From positions 1-25,983 of the IMG/VR virus record IMGVR_UViG_3300005758_000053: DNA of 25,983 nucleotides. The stretch is one strand, 5' to 3'. Position numbers and translations under genes: made by a program. Source of the stretch: a virus. Taxonomy: Duplodnaviria > Caudoviricetes. This document shows, in pieces, positions 10,101 through 17,074 of the stretch. Every line of letters starts with the position of its first letter. Position 1 is the stretch's first letter. Below the pieces are notes generated by a model that saw only the letters and a program-made list of their open reading frames with translations, had not been told where the DNA came from and made no database searches.

Positions 10101-12706
10101 GCATTGGCAGCATCTTCCATTTCTTTCTTAGAAGCAGCTGCGGCATTGCCTCGGTTTTCAGCAATAGCTTCTTCGCCACGAGCAAGAAAGGTGGTCCAGT
10201 TGACGCCTTTTGCGCGTTGCTTTTGCCTATTACTTTCAATTTCTTTCTCAAGTTGCAGCTGTTTTTCTACTTCGCGAGTTATTTGCTGCGATTCCTCAAG
10301 CTGATTGCCAAGCAGTGCCTCTCGGGCTTGGCCAATGCCAATAGAAAGCTTTTCAACCTGATTTTGAGATAGTCCGGCTTTGTTGATTTTGTCGATAAGG
10401 TCTTCTTGCTCTTTGTATGCGTCGTTGATTTGCCTTTGATACTTGCGCTGCTCTACGAGATTATCAATCGCTACAGATGGGCCGTCTTTTGCTTTTTTGG
10501 CGGTCGCGTCTTTTTTCTCAAGCTGCGCTAGCTTGCTAGTGGCGGCTATCTCGTAGCCAAGAAGGTCAACATCAACCTTCCTAATGCTGACCCCTTCTTG
10601 CTTAGCTTTGTTCAGCGTCTTTTGCGCTTCGACTAGCTGACCCTGAAGATTCGCAAGCTCTTTGTTAAGAAGTTCGCTTGGATCCTGTGCCTGCAGTTTG
10701 ATTAAATTTTTCTCTGCTATTTCGCCGGAGCGAATAATGTTTTTGAGACGCGCCTGGTTCATGGCCTCCTGGCGCTTCGCCTCCGGCGAACCAGGCGCAA
10801 ACCCGCCACCAATCAAGCGGCCGGAAACTGGCAGGGCGGGGCCGCGCCGCCCCTGCGCGGCCGGAGAACCCGGAACCGCGCCCCCTGTCACCAAGCGGCC
10901 AGTCACCGGCATAGACGGGCCGCCGCGCCTTGCAGCCTCCCTCTCCGCTTTGCTCCTGCCTTTGGCGGCATTGAGCTGATCTTGCAGTTCGCGAGTTATC
11001 GCCTTGGCGCTTTCAAGGCGATCTTCGTCAAGAGCCTCAAGAACTCGGCTTGAGTTTTCCAGAAGACGAGTTTTATCAACTTGTTCAATTTGGGCGTCGT
11101 AAATATCTGAATAAATTTTAGAATATTTATCGAGAATACTGTTGGATTCTTTTTGTCTACGCTGCTGCGTTCTCTCTACGCCTGATCTAAACGCTTCTTG
11201 CTGCCTGTATTGCTCAAGGCTGCCGAGTCTCGTAGCAGGGGCGTTCTTCATTGCAGCAGCATCCTGCAATTCCTCATTCAGCCCCCTGATGGCATCCTCG
11301 ACAGCCCTATATTCAAGACTTACGAACGGGAGCAGCTGCTGAACCTTCGTAAGAAGACTGATATGAGCCCCTAGAGCCGCCTCGCTTCTAGTCAGCTCGG
11401 GAATCATATTGATCAGTTCCGCTACTTGCGCCCTTGCGCCACCAATCGCGCTGCCACCGGGCACGCTTCCACCAAGACCGGGCGGAGGCGCCATTGCTTC
11501 TGAGAAGCCACCAGCAAGAGCCGCAAATGTGGCCTGCTGGGATCTTGCGAGCTTGATTGAAGCTATTTCGGCTGCAACTGTAAACTGATTAAAGGCGTTG
11601 CTGGCAATTGCTGAATTATTCGCCACCAGGGCAAGCCCTTCGGCTTGCGCTTGAATTTGATTTAGCGAAACCGAAAGACCCGCAGGCTGGTTCTGCTGTG
11701 GCGTTCTGCCTTCTGTTAATCTGGTCAATTCATCTTGACGTGCAACGGTCTGCCGACCGACTCTAGCCGCTTGTCTTTCAAGATTTGCTAATTGGTTCTC
11801 TTGCTGCCTTATTTGCTCTGCAATTTCGGTTCGACGTTGATTTCTTTGCTCTCTTGCAGTATTTTCTTGCTGAGCTTGAACCTGAGCCTGCAGATCCACC
11901 GGCCCCAGCAGAAGCTCTCCTTCTTGAATGGCTCTTGGCGCAGAAATTCTTACAATTGTTTCCTGCGCACCAAGTCTTGAAAGTTCTGCTCGCAAATTTT
12001 GCAAAGAAGCGTCAACTTGCTCTATTTCACTTCCAAGCTGCCTAAAACTTGATATTTGCCCTGGAATAAGCGTCCGCGAAAGTCTTGTTTCCCTTGCGCC
12101 TCGCTGAAGCGAGTCTCCAAATGCGTTATACTCACGCGCAAGCGCTCTTACCGCATCTGAAGATGCCGCTACTTGATTAGCATTTATTATTGGCTCTGCC
12201 GCAGTCGCTACATTTCTATATGCCTGGCTAATTTGCTCAACTTCCTGACGCAAGGTTCTCGCCGAAGTGGCAGCAGAATCTATCTCATCTGAAAATGCTT
12301 CTGCCTGGCTCGTGGCGTTAATTAAGTTTCTGCGCAATTCGTCTGTTCTTCTTGAGCGAGACTCGTCTCGGCCCGCCAGCCTTGAAAGCTCGCGCTCTGC
12401 TCTTGCGGCATCCTCTAGCGCCGCTTGCTGATTTCTTTGGGCAGTTGCAAGCCTGCCCATTTCAGCAATTTCTTCCCGAAGCGCTTGCGCTCTTCTCCTG
12501 CCAAGGGTATTCGCCCTATCGGCTAGGCCATTCATAGCAGAAGTCAGATCATTTGTGCGTCGCCGAAGATCACCTGGCGCAACATCTAGCGTCTGGCTAT
12601 TGATTCGCTGGACCGCACCTTGAAGCTGGCCTACATCAGAAATCAGCCTATTAACAGCAGCCGAACCACGAACAATAAGATCAATTGTCGCTTGTGTGCT
12701 GGCCAC
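4196..12706 (-). CDS. Tail tape measure protein (~2836 aa)
   Basis: Very long coiled-coil-like ORF between the chaperones and gpM. Contains an INSPSRFM motif, a Gly-rich hydrophobic segment (GLIGGAFPLLFGQGLG...) and a lambda-type C-terminus (FANGAAF...GLMGEAGPEAIMPLTRG). Start moved to GTG 12706: GGAGG lies 9 nt upstream, and the track start at 12763 lies inside a terminator hairpin. Confidence 0.93.
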   Translation of the reverse strand: MASTQATIDLIVRGSAAVNRLISDVGQLQGAVQRINSQTLDVAPGDLRRRTNDLTSAMNGLADRANTLGRRRAQALREEIAEMGRLATAQRNQQAALEDAARAERELSRLAGRDESRSRRTDELRRNLINATSQAEAFSDEIDSAATSARTLRQEVEQISQAYRNVATAAEPIINANQVAASSDAVRALAREYNAFGDSLQRGARETRLSRTLIPGQISSFRQLGSEIEQVDASLQNLRAELSRLGAQETIVRISAPRAIQEGELLLGPVDLQAQVQAQQENTAREQRNQRRTEIAEQIRQQENQLANLERQAARVGRQTVARQDELTRLTEGRTPQQNQPAGLSVSLNQIQAQAEGLALVANNSAIASNAFNQFTVAAEIASIKLARSQQATFAALAGGFSEAMAPPPGLGGSVPGGSAIGGARAQVAELINMIPELTRSEAALGAHISLLTKVQQLLPFVSLEYRAVEDAIRGLNEELQDAAAMKNAPATRLGSLEQYRQQEAFRSGVERTQQRRQKESNSILDKYSKIYSDIYDAQIEQVDKTRLLENSSRVLEALDEDRLESAKAITRELQDQLNAAKGRSKAEREAARRGGPSMPVTGRLVTGGAVPGSPAAQGRRGPALPVSGRLIGGGFAPGSPEAKRQEAMNQARLKNIIRSGEIAEKNLIKLQAQDPSELLNKELANLQGQLVEAQKTLNKAKQEGVSIRKVDVDLLGYEIAATSKLAQLEKKDATAKKAKDGPSVAIDNLVEQRKYQRQINDAYKEQEDLIDKINKAGLSQNQVEKLSIGIGQAREALLGNQLEESQQITREVEKQLQLEKEIESNRQKQRAKGVNWTTFLARGEEAIAENRGNAAAASKKEMEDAANARKNQLTKLETQLNNYTILEGKGVKFMEEKAELAELVSGLSNNQIALTKQETEAIDELIKKFRLYSDLRVSQAKTAGTYKSGPSGKTQAEINEDRRERVLKSARTQEERLLKLGRKGVDVADLRKGLEEQILNIQKLQGSATADSVREAAEALMVYRRAIDDLGNSLGKGSKSGPGLEQALQKLREARGSREAFLAGASPAVAIDKIVREFNSGGESADDAGKNIAETFANSLEASTPAAAAAAKKMAEGSTDAINKEFGINSPSRFMIELVRNLVTTYVDQLREATPTIQEAARKAFSIDEKTLKGFSGRVIDEKTSQGLLDAGAKAGAALLSEGSGKKVSAEEMAGYIAQKGTILNPAKLQEFLGEKFFKAAEGQLSVGNVGTELKVVQDIYKQFYGIGREAGEAVFSAQEIELAIKNLTSGLDIIATLVQASADLTKKFGSSKAGKGMLVPLGETDPSVMAGQAKAFGGAGFAGMSEAEWSNLFTRLGGVPDFNKLFTQQEFYKIKNQKADQELQDRFKSIFDAETTYTTGSRAKAPRLVDIRQPNIFSAFVEQAKAAVSAAIPKTAQEQIPAAYGTSPERMARLYGNARGQGAGRFGISEEQWLAGFKKIGMVPDFEKMFGKEQWSLVEQGNDIPEIENKIKSIILGAASKAAKEIIAGSSSLTTIPGQAQIAGAGEIVAEDDKQRRRIEEAYRRSAERQAAIMAEDTAMRIAGKSLVPAPAAQPIPEVQPAQAAQQIQEKTAIGAEVKKTIDSVFTDIGIAAKNGVKKIQESKVGQAIDSISSNIGTAADKASQKIKKTEAGKAFDFVADKTKKGADAFLAKIKGTKAEKAFDFLFAQIDRAIDKAQSAASGIGGGFGAGGGTRPPSGGGPGGPGGPGGQKDPEEFARRLDEATKKGAEALLGLEELRDPTKASINEIEALSAVLKEFRAVLDPTAKGFDRLDDQLRETIAKIDREGQVRAPDAGFLTRFTRDPRKANAISEGLIGGAFPLLFGQGLGASVGGGLGGFAGGFAGGGLGFGLSLIGTALGTAFDTAVQGAKELGAALQKPVENFDKLAEKSFFSSRGQEELIKRTIQSGNASFASALIQQEAIKKVGVNGVKNLKYLETQSDKLGRSFAEVGVGIQAFIAGPLGSLLDALNVYVLEPAVVANRLKAVRGGLSSEQQKILDREIARAGGLAESSRLPSEKVPAGLFDNELNVFIDTISRIKPEKIKEIIDRFESATLANIKPTPKEAIETQINIKNKELELRDIGKNVIDQARNAAREQQDLDKQRFEIIESYEENIGQIRKQIENEVSQRRFAILEKENSLLELQAENRIKEFERFTKTSIEKAGAGKPKEIEDIAKKTAEIVSTFLIEQLSTEEKAAKIKRDAALEAKKLDFEALNFKIEVEKQVSKLNIDTAKQIRQINEQAQRRNEEYSSNKFKLEQKIAELKLAAVKIDINRDIAALKELLKTAKQGDKLYFKQQLDLQYIQQKIISEGIAEIKNLKPPANLTTIAPVGGGTISTGSIDSLVKTQRDQIAGQTAEMLRSVNFAYADSQEALASGISKISAEILAPLADLGVAIPLDNKEALPVSNKITENEQRRARYSQLINQGYKESVANKIIELELAGKLATAQYDAAIQQLRSQKYYDEALKTQRAILNSRIEALQVEKRIPGITEKRRREIDGSIAGITGYSAELGTVIRASLDRQAALLEGAKAGIPGAIQSFTPQLIQKERRNEIEDFVNQGISSLNDLEATAIRVSQGIGNAVGDSFGQLVTGLLDGTATGQEVFAGFLKSVAEILAKEAVNIIATYTAIGIARIFAGLSGGGSKFFDASATPIQSTNWGGGGSGLFGNLGINWSQAPSIGGVQGFANGAAFTNSIVSSPTLFKFADGASMETGLMGEAGPEAIMPLTRGPGGRLGVDASGAGGGSVMVNVSVDASGSKVQGDEAQGAQLGRVIGAAVQQELIRQKRPGGLLA

Positions 12707-12731
12707 GTCGCAAAGCCTCCTGCCTCCCCGG

Positions 12732-12737
12732 AGTCTA
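12732..12737 (-). promoter_or_regulatory. Putative -10 box (gcTAGACT) upstream of the tape measure gene
   Basis: TAnnnT hexamer 25 nt before GTG 12706, right after a terminator; same placement as at many other genes here. Confidence 0.55.
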
Positions 12738-12744
12738 GCTAGGC

Positions 12745-12774
12745 AGAAAAAAGCCACCCCCAACAGGGGCGGCT
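12745..12774 (-). terminator. Intrinsic terminator after chaperone T
   Basis: AGCCGCCCC-TGTTG-GGGGTGGCT followed by TTTTTCT, beginning at the T stop codon. Confidence 0.8.
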
Positions 12775-12970
12775 AGCGACGGGCTTTTTGCTTGATTCTC
12801 TCTACTTCCCTCTCCTGGTGGCGTCCCTTAACTGCGAAGAACGCTTGCCAAAGAATCATTTCCTCCTCTGTAACCCTGTTCTTTAACTCAAACAGAGTGC
12901 AGTGCAAAACTTCGGCAAGAGCCAGCTGAAAGTAAAGGCGAGAATCAAGCTCAAGCTGCGACTCAACCTC
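12773..12970 (-). CDS. Tail assembly chaperone gpT-like segment (expressed as frameshifted G-T fusion)
   Basis: Not in the track (no start codon). EVESQLELDSRLYFQLALAEVLHCTLFELKNRVTEEEMILWQAFFAVKGRHQEREVERIKQKARR* matches the gpT pattern LA..L..Tl.EL..rmt..E...W.aff and fills the G-to-TMP gap exactly. Confidence 0.85.
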   Translation of the reverse strand, partial: EVESQLELDSRLYFQLALAEVLHCTLFELKNRVTEEEMILWQAFFAVKGRHQEREVERIKQKARR

Positions 12971-13331
12971 TTTTGAGATCGCAATTTTCGTTGGTACGCG
13001 GCTTCAGGACGCACATCATCAGTTTTTGGATGTCTTCATCCTCAACTTCACGCTTCATGTCGGGAATGTCGCCGGGCCTGAAAAGCCGCTCTCCGTTTTC
13101 GTCAAGAGCCTTGTGGCAGATCAGCTGAAGCGCAAAGTCATTTGCGCTATCACTGGCTGCGTCTTTTTGCGCTTTTTCGCGCTCTGCGGCAGTCAGTGGC
13201 TGAACATAAAAAACAAACTCGTCACCATTTTCAAGAGTGACGCGCTGCTTGATGGGCTCAAAGTTCGCCGCCTTGCGCAGGCGGTCGATCGCCCTCATGG
13301 GGGCGGCGTTCGGAGAGGGTTGGGCGCTCAT
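12963..13331 (-). CDS. Tail assembly chaperone gpG-like
   Basis: 122 aa with PLTAAERE...KALDENGERLF motifs; upstream of T and TMP. Confidence 0.85.
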   Translation of the reverse strand: MSAQPSPNAAPMRAIDRLRKAANFEPIKQRVTLENGDEFVFYVQPLTAAEREKAQKDAASDSANDFALQLICHKALDENGERLFRPGDIPDMKREVEDEDIQKLMMCVLKPRTNENCDLKRG

Positions 13332-13352
13332 AAGAAAAAAGCGGTCTTCATC

Positions 13353-13358
13353 AGTCTA
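13353..13358 (-). promoter_or_regulatory. Putative -10 box (ggTAGACT) upstream of chaperone G
   Basis: TAGACT 21 nt before ATG 13331. Confidence 0.55.
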
Positions 13359-13382
13359 CCCCAGTTGACCAGATTCCGCAGA

Positions 13383-14702
13383 TCAGTGCGTCACCTGCTC
13401 CCAGTCAACGCTTCCGTAGACACTGCTCGATGCCGTGTCAGAGGAAGCAATCAAAGCAAACACAGACGGAGTGGCAGTAAATGGATCCCGCTCAAGCTGT
13501 AATCCAAGAAATTGGTCTCTCAGGACATTCGCCATTGCAGTTGATTGGTTTGAAGAACTAAAAAATCCAGACGCTCTTGCAGCGCCGCCAACCACGGCAG
13601 TCCCTGTCATGTTGTATTCCAGGGAAGAGTTTGCGCCAGCGCTGACCCATGCGCCACCAGTAATCGAGCAATCTGTGACAACCTCCCATTTGTATGCGTG
13701 ATTATTGCCGACTCCCATTAGATATGCTGCGGTTGGTACGACAATAGAATTGAGCTGCGCCGCCTTCAATCTCAATGCGACAATTGGATAGCGAGTAGCA
13801 GCAACGGCGAGAGAATAGGGAGAGCCTATGGCCTGTCCAATTGTTCCAGGCGCTCCACGCAGCTCGTAGCCACCCTCAGATATGACAGTCGAGCAAATCT
13901 GCTTTAGCGTGCTAGCACCAGTCGTCGCCGATGTGTTGGTTATTTCATATCGAAGAGGAAGGCAGGCAGTTGTGGTGTATGTTGTTTTGACTATATTTGC
14001 ATGATTGAATAAGTGACAAGGAATAAAGCGCCTATTGATATAAAAGCCAACGCAAGCCGTGCCGACCCCCAGCCACTCAAGATCAAGAGCAAAAATCTGA
14101 GAAGCCGTAGGATCGAGAACAATTTTTGATGGCCCTGACCCATCAAGTCGATCATAATTCCAGCCGGTATCGCTGACGCCATAAGCCCCGCCAAGCCGGC
14201 TTACTTTTGTTTCTACAACTGAGCCAGTTACGAAAGATCGCTCGACAAAACAAAAGCCACTCGCGCTATCGGTCATTTCAACGAAATGGCCATTCTGCGA
14301 ATCAAAGTATCCAGCGCGTTGCCTCAGGCCAGGCTTTGGAGAATTGAATACAAAGCTGCAGTCAACCCGAAGCGACTTGCCGGGTTGATACGGAAATACT
14401 TTTCTTGTCTCTCTAAGAACTTCTGAACCGGAAGCGCTTGTTACATTCAGATCGACAAGCCCCTGGTTTGCATTAAAAACGGCAGCGCCACCAGAGGCTG
14501 TGGCGGTCGCCCAGAGCCCGTTATCGGTGAACCTGTGGAACGAGTCAAACAAGGTCTGCGGCGCAGAGACGCGAAGACGCTCGAAAGCGTCTACTGAGCC
14601 TGCCGAGAAGGCGGAGTCAACCATCAGGCGCCCCTGCCTGGTAGCCCCGATCTCCTGGGCGGCGCCAGTGTCGATAGTTCCGTGAACAACTGCATCAGGC
14701 AT
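13383..14702 (-). CDS. Conserved phage beta-rich protein, probably virion-associated; function unknown
   Basis: DAFERLRVSAPQTLFDS...YQPGKS...LRQRAGYFD...LDGSGPS...DLEWLGVG...LPLRYEI...LKQICSTVISEGG is a motif series I recall from environmental and cyanophage structural proteins. ATG 14702 preferred over TTG 14714, which lies in the terminator T-run. Confidence 0.75.
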   Translation of the reverse strand: MPDAVVHGTIDTGAAQEIGATRQGRLMVDSAFSAGSVDAFERLRVSAPQTLFDSFHRFTDNGLWATATASGGAAVFNANQGLVDLNVTSASGSEVLRETRKVFPYQPGKSLRVDCSFVFNSPKPGLRQRAGYFDSQNGHFVEMTDSASGFCFVERSFVTGSVVETKVSRLGGAYGVSDTGWNYDRLDGSGPSKIVLDPTASQIFALDLEWLGVGTACVGFYINRRFIPCHLFNHANIVKTTYTTTACLPLRYEITNTSATTGASTLKQICSTVISEGGYELRGAPGTIGQAIGSPYSLAVAATRYPIVALRLKAAQLNSIVVPTAAYLMGVGNNHAYKWEVVTDCSITGGAWVSAGANSSLEYNMTGTAVVGGAARASGFFSSSNQSTAMANVLRDQFLGLQLERDPFTATPSVFALIASSDTASSSVYGSVDWEQVTH

Positions 14703-14712
14703 GGAAATCACC

Positions 14713-14740
14713 AAAAAGAAAGCCCCGCTATTGCGGGGCC
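14713..14740 (-). terminator. Intrinsic terminator after tail tube gene
   Basis: GGCCCCGC-AATA-GCGGGGCT followed by TTCTTTTT. Confidence 0.85.
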
Positions 14741-14757
14741 GTTGACTCTTGCGAGGA

Positions 14758-15525
14758 TCAGGATTGGCTCAGGTCGAACGTAACGCTGCCGGAGGGGCGG
14801 AAGTTGATGGCAACCGAAATTGCATCATCCGGGTTGATGTTGAGGCTCGCGCTGGTCAGTACGGCTTCAACGGCGATCGAGCGAGACTTGGTTTCGCTGA
14901 TCGTGCCGCCGACAGTCACGCGATCAATGTAGAGCTTGAACGAAGCCCCAACTTGCTGACGCTGAAGCACGTCCTCAATCATTCGGTTAGCAAAAGAAGT
15001 GTCCTCGTCCGTCATGTAGACGTTGGTGCTGCCGGTGCCATCAGCAAAGCCAGTGATGTAGTTGCGGAATGGCGCGTACTGGCCGGCGGTCTGACCGATG
15101 GTCGTCACGTCGATTTCACTACGGCTGAACTCAAAGGTCCAGTCACGAACCTCAGCAACGAGCGCGAAATCTGCGTATTCAACCTTGAACTCGTTTGGCG
15201 CAACTGCCGTGCCAGCAGTCGTAAGCGTCACGCTCGATCCGCCTAGGGTAGCCGAGACCTTCAGGATGCCGGTTGCGGGGGTGTAAGCGATCACGTAGTA
15301 GGTCGTGCCAGCCGTGATGCCGGCAGGCAGCGTGCCGGCGACAGTGCCACCTGCGGCGTTGTAAACAGCAAACTTAACCGGATCGCCAATCTTGAAGTTC
15401 AGGTAGGGCTCAACAGTGAATTCGGCGTTGGCTGTGCTTACGTCGCCTGGTGCAAATGTGCCAAGCGTTCCGGCGGGCTTGTAGTACAGGGCGCCGGACG
15501 TGCCGGTGAGAACGGTTGCAGACAT
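14758..15525 (-). CDS. Major tail (tube) protein
   Basis: VLTGTSGALYYKPAG...EVRDWTFEFSRSEIDVTTIG...ITGFADGTGS...NPDDAISVAINFRP; strong C/G-ending codon bias; follows the tail terminator gene and is followed by a transcription terminator. Confidence 0.88.
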   Translation of the reverse strand: MSATVLTGTSGALYYKPAGTLGTFAPGDVSTANAEFTVEPYLNFKIGDPVKFAVYNAAGGTVAGTLPAGITAGTTYYVIAYTPATGILKVSATLGGSSVTLTTAGTAVAPNEFKVEYADFALVAEVRDWTFEFSRSEIDVTTIGQTAGQYAPFRNYITGFADGTGSTNVYMTDEDTSFANRMIEDVLQRQQVGASFKLYIDRVTVGGTISETKSRSIAVEAVLTSASLNINPDDAISVAINFRPSGSVTFDLSQS

Positions 15526-15566
15526 CGGACCAAGGGCAAGTGTTTCGGGCGGTGCCCGGTGCCCCT

Positions 15567-15572
15567 AGAGTA
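15567..15572 (-). promoter_or_regulatory. Putative -10 box (gcTACTCT) upstream of tail tube gene
   Basis: TAnnnT 41 nt before ATG 15525; the intervening leader folds as CGGGC-ACC-GCCCG. Confidence 0.45.
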
Positions 15573-15577
15573 GCGGC

Positions 15578-16006
15578 CTACTTTGCGGAGGCCTGCCAGC
15601 CGGCTTCTATTCTGCCGATGAAATGCGGGGCTTCGTCTGAATACGGGAAAGAAGGGCCAGTAATTTGCCCAACGCGAACGTATGTTGAATCCGAAGATTT
15701 CTTGCTAGAGTTCAGGGTATCAATGACAGCCTTTGCAAGAGCTATCATTTCTTGGCATCTTGCCGGGCCATTGCTCTTCGGCGCATAGCACCGAACGATT
15801 AGGGCTCCCCTGGCGTAATCAAGAGAGCCATCAAGAGTTGACTCGGTTGTGAGTCCAAATGTTACATTAACGCGCACATATTCCTTTGGCGGATCGGGCG
15901 GAACTGCCGTCACATTGTCAAAATAGACAGGAACCGGGGGCACTTGAGTGTTGTAAGCAGTAAGGAGTGGCGCTTCAATTTTTGCGCGAATAGACTGATA
16001 GTTCAC
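15578..16006 (-). CDS. Tail terminator / completion protein
   Basis: 142 aa, MNYQSIRA...VYFDNV...EYVRVNVTFG...GALIVRCYAPKSNGP; directly before the tail tube gene; GTG overlaps the upstream TAG. Confidence 0.75.
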   Translation of the reverse strand: MNYQSIRAKIEAPLLTAYNTQVPPVPVYFDNVTAVPPDPPKEYVRVNVTFGLTTESTLDGSLDYARGALIVRCYAPKSNGPARCQEMIALAKAVIDTLNSSKKSSDSTYVRVGQITGPSFPYSDEAPHFIGRIEAGWQASAK

Positions 16007-16695
16007 TAGAATCTCCCGCTAAATCCAATTTCAAATCCTCTTTTGAGGTCAAAGTCAAGTTTGCCGCCTCTTGTGTACGTGATATACCAGTCCTGTTCCG
16101 CCGTCATGGACGACCCGCTTTCGTTAAAGCTGCCATTAAATTCTGGGCCTATTTCATAGCGATACCCCGGATTGTCCCTTTCTAGCCCAAGACCATACGG
16201 GCTGACGCGGCGGGGATCCTTAAGAGGCTCCGGCCAACCCTTGCTCTGCGCAATGTCTCTACGAAAATTGCCGACTTCTCCCTCAATTGCAAGATTTGCG
16301 TGTTGTGCCGTATTGACAATTTGAAACTTAGTGACTTCCGCCAGCTTTGTGCTTGGGCCAGTTCGGCCGCCCTTCAGGTATCTTTCTACGGTCGTAATCG
16401 TTAGATCATTTTTCGTGTATCTGTAAACTGAGCCCTCCGGGCCGGGTTCGCCACCAGAGGCTCCATCGGGCACGAACCGCCATGAAGCGGAAAACTGGCC
16501 GCTCCAGGCGGGGCCGGCCTTGGACAAGCCATTCATGGTTTCAATGGCAGCAGCCTGCAGCGCTCTGCCGATCTCTCGTCTTAGCTGACCTGCATACTCT
16601 TCCTCTGCTCTTTTGACAATTTGACGATTTAGTGTGGCCTGTCTCCTTGAAAAAGAAGACCTCGCCCGCGAGGCTTTCCCGGCCCTGCTGGCCAT
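16006..16695 (-). CDS. Neck / tail completion protein (HK97 gp10-like position)
   Basis: GPAWSGQFSASW motif (P..tG.f..sW type); lies between head closure and tail terminator genes with coupled stop/start codons. Confidence 0.6.
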   Translation of the reverse strand: MASRAGKASRARSSFSRRQATLNRQIVKRAEEEYAGQLRREIGRALQAAAIETMNGLSKAGPAWSGQFSASWRFVPDGASGGEPGPEGSVYRYTKNDLTITTVERYLKGGRTGPSTKLAEVTKFQIVNTAQHANLAIEGEVGNFRRDIAQSKGWPEPLKDPRRVSPYGLGLERDNPGYRYEIGPEFNGSFNESGSSMTAEQDWYITYTRGGKLDFDLKRGFEIGFSGRF

Positions 16696-17072
16696 TATCC
16701 AAGCCTCCCGATAACTGAGTGCATGATAGGGCTGTCACCGCGAATCGAAGCCGGCTTGATAATTTTTGCGGTCCTTGATACGCCGTTTTGAGTGTAGCGG
16801 ATAGAATCTGTAACTTGTGGGTAGTATCCACCAAGATAAGACGCTGGGATCAGGAATTTTACCGTTCCCTCCTGGGAAAAAGCCTCTTTCTCCTCTGAAG
16901 TAATTTCCGACACCATTGCCCTTGCTTGAATTTCAGTGCTAGCGCCAGATACAACTCCGGTTTGCGGGTTGTACGTTGGAGATTGCGAAGCCTTAATATA
17001 GACAATTGGAATGCCCCACTGATCAATCAGCGGAGCCGGGATCGAGCCAAAAATGTCGTCTACAAGTGACAT
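16695..17072 (-). CDS. Head closure / head-tail joining protein
   Basis: 125 aa with TYNPQTG motif; follows the adaptor. Confidence 0.65.
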   Translation of the reverse strand: MSLVDDIFGSIPAPLIDQWGIPIVYIKASQSPTYNPQTGVVSGASTEIQARAMVSEITSEEKEAFSQEGTVKFLIPASYLGGYYPQVTDSIRYTQNGVSRTAKIIKPASIRGDSPIMHSVIGRLG

Positions 17073-17074
17073 TG

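Noticed and set aside
4335-12537. Many plus-strand ORFs opposite the TMP (e.g. 6860..7744, 6999..7577)
   Set aside because: Shadow ORFs whose composition mirrors the TMP codons.
12707-12763. Track start of the TMP at 12763
   Set aside because: Lies within the terminator, upstream of the -10 box; GTG 12706 has a GGAGG SD.
12960-13000. Canonical -1 slippery heptamer at the G/T junction
   Set aside because: No XXXYYYZ heptamer, and the T-like sequence is in the +1 frame.
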